DNA of 64,000 nt, taken from the human T2T-CHM13v2.0 reference genome, Homo sapiens. Where the stretch lies: the NCBI RefSeq assembly GCF_009914755.1, contig NC_060930.1. One strand, written 5' to 3'. The notes under the pieces are model-generated. The model ran no database searches. It worked only from the letters and a program-made list of their open reading frames with translations, and was not told where the DNA came from. Of the stretch, positions 59,545 to 64,000 are shown piece after piece; position 1 is the first letter of the stretch; every line of letters begins with the position of its first letter. Position numbers and translations under genes: made by a program.

Positions 59545-59975
59545 TTTTTATTTTCCCAACTTTTTTATTTTGAAAAATATCAAATATAAAGAATAGTAGA
59601 ATGAACACCTGTATTCACCTAAATTTAACAATTGTTAACATTTTGCCACATTTGAGCACTGTCATTGTCTTTTTCTCTGTTTCTTTCTCTCTCCCTTCTG
59701 TTTCTTTCTCTTCCCCGACCTGTATAAAATATATGTTTACATATAACTTTTTGCTGAACCATTTAAAAGTAATAGATATTGTGACATTTGGTCTTTTCAG
59801 AATAATAACATTCTCCTGAAGAACCTAAAAATTATACTTAAGAAATGAACAATAATTCCATAAAACAATCTATTTCCTATTTTAATTTCCCTAGTTGCCT
59901 CCAAAATACCTTTTATAGCTATTTTTATTTTTTCCTGATCCAAGGTACAATCAAGACTCATGCATTGCAAGGATA
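59545..59975 (-). mobile_element. Ancient L1M (MC/ME-like) 3'UTR fragment
   Basis: ttttattttgaaaaat...aatgaacacctgtattcacctaaatttaacaattgttaacattttgccacatttg. Confidence 0.65.
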
Positions 59976-60061
59976 AATTTTTTTTTCCCTAAGTGATCTT
60001 CATTGGGAGAAGTAAAACAATTTTATGTTAAACTCTAAGTGAGGTGATATTTTGTTCTCAG

Positions 60062-60331
60062 ATTTTGAACTAATTATACATTTGTATCTTGATTTTTATA
60101 ATACTGTGTGACCTTTGACAATATACCAAAATTTTACTATTTTTCGTAACATCTTTGGACTGAGCACAAAATTACCCAGCAGAAGGGTGACGCATATGGA
60201 GCTGATCACAGAACAGTGGCTTAATAGAATTAGTCGTGTGACCTGCCAGAAGTTGACCTCATTTCAGAATTCCATTGGAGCACGATACATCCAATTCCAC
60301 ACAGAATATGGAAAACATGCTAACATTCATG
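60062..60331 (+). pseudogene. Candidate decayed exon (phase 1-1, 270 bp, single stop)
   Basis: atattttgttctcAG acceptor and ATG|GTAGGT donor. 90 codons with one TGA (60109-60111). Confidence 0.6.
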
Positions 60332-60869
60332 GTAGGTCTTATTTTGACTTTGATTTAAATAATCGAGTATAATGATTCTATACCTTTCCAAATATTTCTG
60401 CTGGCATTAATACATGCAAAAAAGAGAAATTGTTAAATATAAGTCTGAAATTGCGTTAATTTTATAATTAACTTAGCTACAATGTTTGGGTACTGTTCTC
60501 CCAGGGATATTATGAAAAAACCTACAGTACCTTCTACGTTCCTAATCTCAGTTGCCTTTGCACCCCACTTCCACAAACATGCCCTCAGCATGATGGTCGT
60601 GAGGAGCATGTTAGTGTAAAAGTTTGAATTTCTTTGTGAGAAAGCCATTTTCATTTTTCAAGTCCGTTTCTGCCCCTCAACAACTATGTTGAATGCTGCT
60701 TCTTTCATGACCATGGGTATGGTGTAATTTTGCCTTCCTGTGAACTTGCATAGAAAGTGATCTTTATATCTGTTAGGGCCCCATCACATCCTCTCCCAAT
60801 TATTTCCACAGACATCATCATGCTTTTATCATGTTCCCTGCTCTCATCTCCCACATTGCCTAGTAAGGA

Positions 60870-61105
60870 ATGAAGTCACTGAGTACCTACTGTGAGCTGC
60901 TCTCTGCTGGGACTTGTATGCATCGTCTTATTTAATTCTGATAACAGTCTTATGTGATGTTATCATCCCCATTTTATAGGTAAAGAAACAGGAATGGAGA
61001 GGTGAAGTGGTTTGCTGAAGATTGTATGTAGAGCTGATTAGCGGTGCAAACAATTTGAACTCACATCTCTTTGACCTGACCAACTTTCATATTCTTTCCA
61101 TCATA
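60870..61105 (-). mobile_element. MIR
   Basis: cactgagtacctactgtg...atcatccccattttataggtaaagaaacagg...gaggtgaagtggtttgctgaag. Confidence 0.8.
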
Positions 61106-61935
61106 AAAATTTGCCTAGGCCAAGGCCTTACCTATAACTGGTGCTCAGAAAAACTGATGGAAGTAACTGACAGTTGAATTTTCCCTTGACTTTTTTTTTC
61201 TGATTGCCTTACTCTGACTCACAGCTAATAAAGCAACTATCTCCAAATCTGAAGAGAGGCAGCAAAGGAGACAGGCCTGGCAGGCACTGCTGTCTTGTGT
61301 TCCTCACTAGAAGAAGGCATGACTTGTTTTCAGGGCACTGAGAACAAGAAATGCAGCGCTCTTTTTGCCTGCTCTAGATGCCAGGCCTCTGGCAGCCAAG
61401 CAACTATTTGCTCAGTAAAGATGGTTTGTGGACCCAGGCTATTAATTCTCTGAACTAATCACTGAGCCAAATAGAGCCTTAATAACACCTTCTATTTGTA
61501 TTTCCCTTATAGCTGGCAGCATACTTTCATACACATTATCTCTCTGGACCCTCACAACAGCCCTCAATGAGTCAAAAGAGTAGCTAATTAGGCTACTTTG
61601 TGTTTCTCAATTGATAATGCCTGAGCTCATCAAAAGTTTGTGACTGTCATTGTGAGATCATGATTGCTTTACACCCTGCATGTCTTATAGGAGAAAATTA
61701 ATAACTTGAAATCACATAGGACAACAATAACACTGAAAACAACTATAAATCTAGTTTTTGATGTTTCCTTCCCCTAAATAACTAGAATACTGCTTTGGCC
61801 AAATCTTGGATTTTTTTCCCCTGCTTTTCACTTTCCAAAGATCTGTCTTTACCACTCATCTAAATTATTACTCAGGCTCTCAAATATTTTGACTGGTTTC
61901 CAACTGGACCTGAGCCTATATCCAACAATTGAATA

Positions 61936-62283
61936 TAGTTATCCATCGCTTAGTGAAGGGGATACATTCTGGAAAGTTCATCATTAGATTATTTCATCAT
62001 TGTGTGATAATCATAGAGTGTAACTAACACAAACGTAGATGGTATAGTCTACTATACACCTGGGCCATATGGTCTAGCCTATTGCTGCTAGGCTGCAAAC
62101 CTGTACAGCATGCGGCCTACTGTACTGAACACTGTAAGTAGTTGTAGCCCAGTGGTATTTGTATATCTAAACATACCTGAATGTGGAAAAGGTATGGTAA
62201 AGATACAGTATTATAATCTTATGAGACCACCATCATATGTGTGGTCTGTCATTGACTGAAGCATTGTTATAGGCACAAGACTG
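61936..62283. mobile_element. Tigger3a-like DNA transposon
   Basis: About 348 bp matching remembered Tigger3a (cacaaacgtagatggtatagtctactatacacctgg...tattataatcttatgagaccacc...gactg). Confidence 0.88.
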
Positions 62284-62289
62284 GATCTT

Positions 62290-63250
62290 TGAAGAGTATC
62301 CTTGATGTCCATTTCATCACCTCCATTCTCTCCCTGGACCATACCATTTTGACTTTTGCACCATCACCCACTGAACTTTTTCAGTGTCTACCTGATTTCC
62401 AGGACCAATTGTGTCTGCTCTTGCTCTATCCTGTTTGAGTATTCCATAGCATTTGACATTTTTGATTACCCTTTGATTCTTAAAACTCTCTTTAGTTTCT
62501 GGAACACAACTTACCAGTGTTTCTTTTTGACCATTCTTATTTTTTCACAAGTTCCTTCGTTGGCTCCCTTTTTAATCCCTGCACCTGGGAATAGATGTTG
62601 GTATTTCCCAGGATTTTATTCTAGGATTTGGTCTCAATTTTATATCTTTTTTGGAGAACTCTTACTCATACTAATTACTTCAGTTAATACCTATGCTGAT
62701 TACCTTCAACTATTTATGTATGTGTGTATACATATATGTTAGACTCTTGTTTGTCATTTAATTTATTTAATCATGAGGATGTTGGTTATGGATATAACTG
62801 CTAGGATACAGGAGTACATAAGAAAGACATGGTTTTTCCTTTCACAGATCATAGTGGGAGGAGACAGTTAAGGAGACAGAAATAATAAATGCTACAAACA
62901 AACATATAAGAAATATCTGCTAGTGACAAGTACTGTAAATAAAATATAGTGGAATGATATGATAGGGAGTGAGTGAGGCAAATTTACAAAGGTTAGAAAG
63001 AGCCTCTTTGAGGAGATGATAGTTAATCTGAGACTTGAATTGCAAAAAGGAGCTAGACAGGCAAAAATTGGGGGTAAGAATGTCTAAATTTTAGGAGATG
63101 GCTAGTGTAAAAATCTTGAGGCAGAAATGATTTGGTGTGTTTAAGGAACAGAATGTAAGGCCCCTATGGCTGGAGCATAGTGAGCTAGGAGGAAACAGTA
63201 AGGCTGAGGTTGCCAAAGTAGGCAGGGGCTAGATCAAGCTAAGAAGAAGA
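62290..63250. mobile_element. L2 fragments (+ about 62290-62720; - about 62750-63250)
   Basis: catagcatttgacatt...tttctggaacacaac; gcctctttgaggagatga...tgagacttgaa; ggtgtgtttaaggaacag...ggctggagcatagtgag. Confidence 0.7.
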
Positions 63251-63454
63251 AGTATTGGAGAGTTTCATAGAAATTTGACATTACTGTCATATTTTATCAT
63301 AGTTTACAAAAGTATCAGTTATAGTAAATTACAGAAAAAAACCCTGATTCTTTAACACAACTATTTTGAGAAGCACTGTTCTAGTAGATGCTTTTTTTTT
63401 TTTTGAAATCATTTGTTTATTTGTCTGTATGCTCCACTTGACTGAATTTTGCAT

Positions 63455-64000
63455 TTTTCTTTTTTTTAAAATTATACTTTAAGTTCTAGGGTACATGTGC
63501 ACAACGTGCAGGTTTGTTACATATGTATACATGTGCTATGTTGGTGTGCTGCACCCATTAACTCATCATTTACATTAGATATATCTCCTAATGCTATCCC
63601 TTCCCCCTCCCGCCACCCCAGGACAGGCCCCGGTGTGTGATGTTCCCCACCCTGTGTCCAAGTGTTCTCATTGTTCAATTCCCACCTATGAGTGAGAACA
63701 TATGGTGTTTGGTTTTTTGTCCTTGCGATAGTTTGCTGAGAATGGTGGTTTCCAGCTTCATCCATGTCCCTACAAAGGACATGAACTCATCCTTTTTTAT
63801 GGTTGCATAGTATTCCATGGTGTATATGTGCCACATTTTCTCAATCCAGTCTATCATTGTTGGACGTTTGGGTTGCTTCCAAGTCTTTGCTATTGTGAAT
63901 AGTGCCGCAGTAAACATATGTGTGCATGTGTCTTTAAGGCAGCATGATTCATACTCCTTTGGGTATATACCCAGTAATGGGATGGCTGGGCCAAATGGTA
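63455..64000 (-). mobile_element. L1PA5-like 3' end, running off the window
   Basis: L1 3'UTR and ORF2 C-terminus (63675..63917). Confidence 0.93.

Overview
Primate, human-like genomic DNA. It is AT-rich and dominated by transposable-element remnants. No intact protein-coding gene, RNA gene or CRISPR array is supported. The repeats include: a full-length but inactivated L1PA6-like LINE-1 (+) inserted into an older L1; a full-length L1MA2-like element (-) carrying a nested AluS, an L1PA16-like insert and a complete two-LTR THE1D; further L1s; about 15 Alu/FLAM copies; an ERVL (MER76-like) LTR-gag-pro-pol remnant; and LTR33-like, MLT1, MIR, L2, MER5, MER20, Tigger and MARNA fragments. Subfamily names come from my memory of consensus sequences, not from a search. 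The main unexpected signal lies in the non-repeat islands between about 11.5 and 60.3 kb. They form a chain of + strand AG...GT-bounded segments with largely compatible intron phases and stop- or frameshift-damaged reading frames, two of them split by TE insertions. This fits a long-dead multi-exon gene (candidate unitary pseudogene), which I cannot name from sequence alone.
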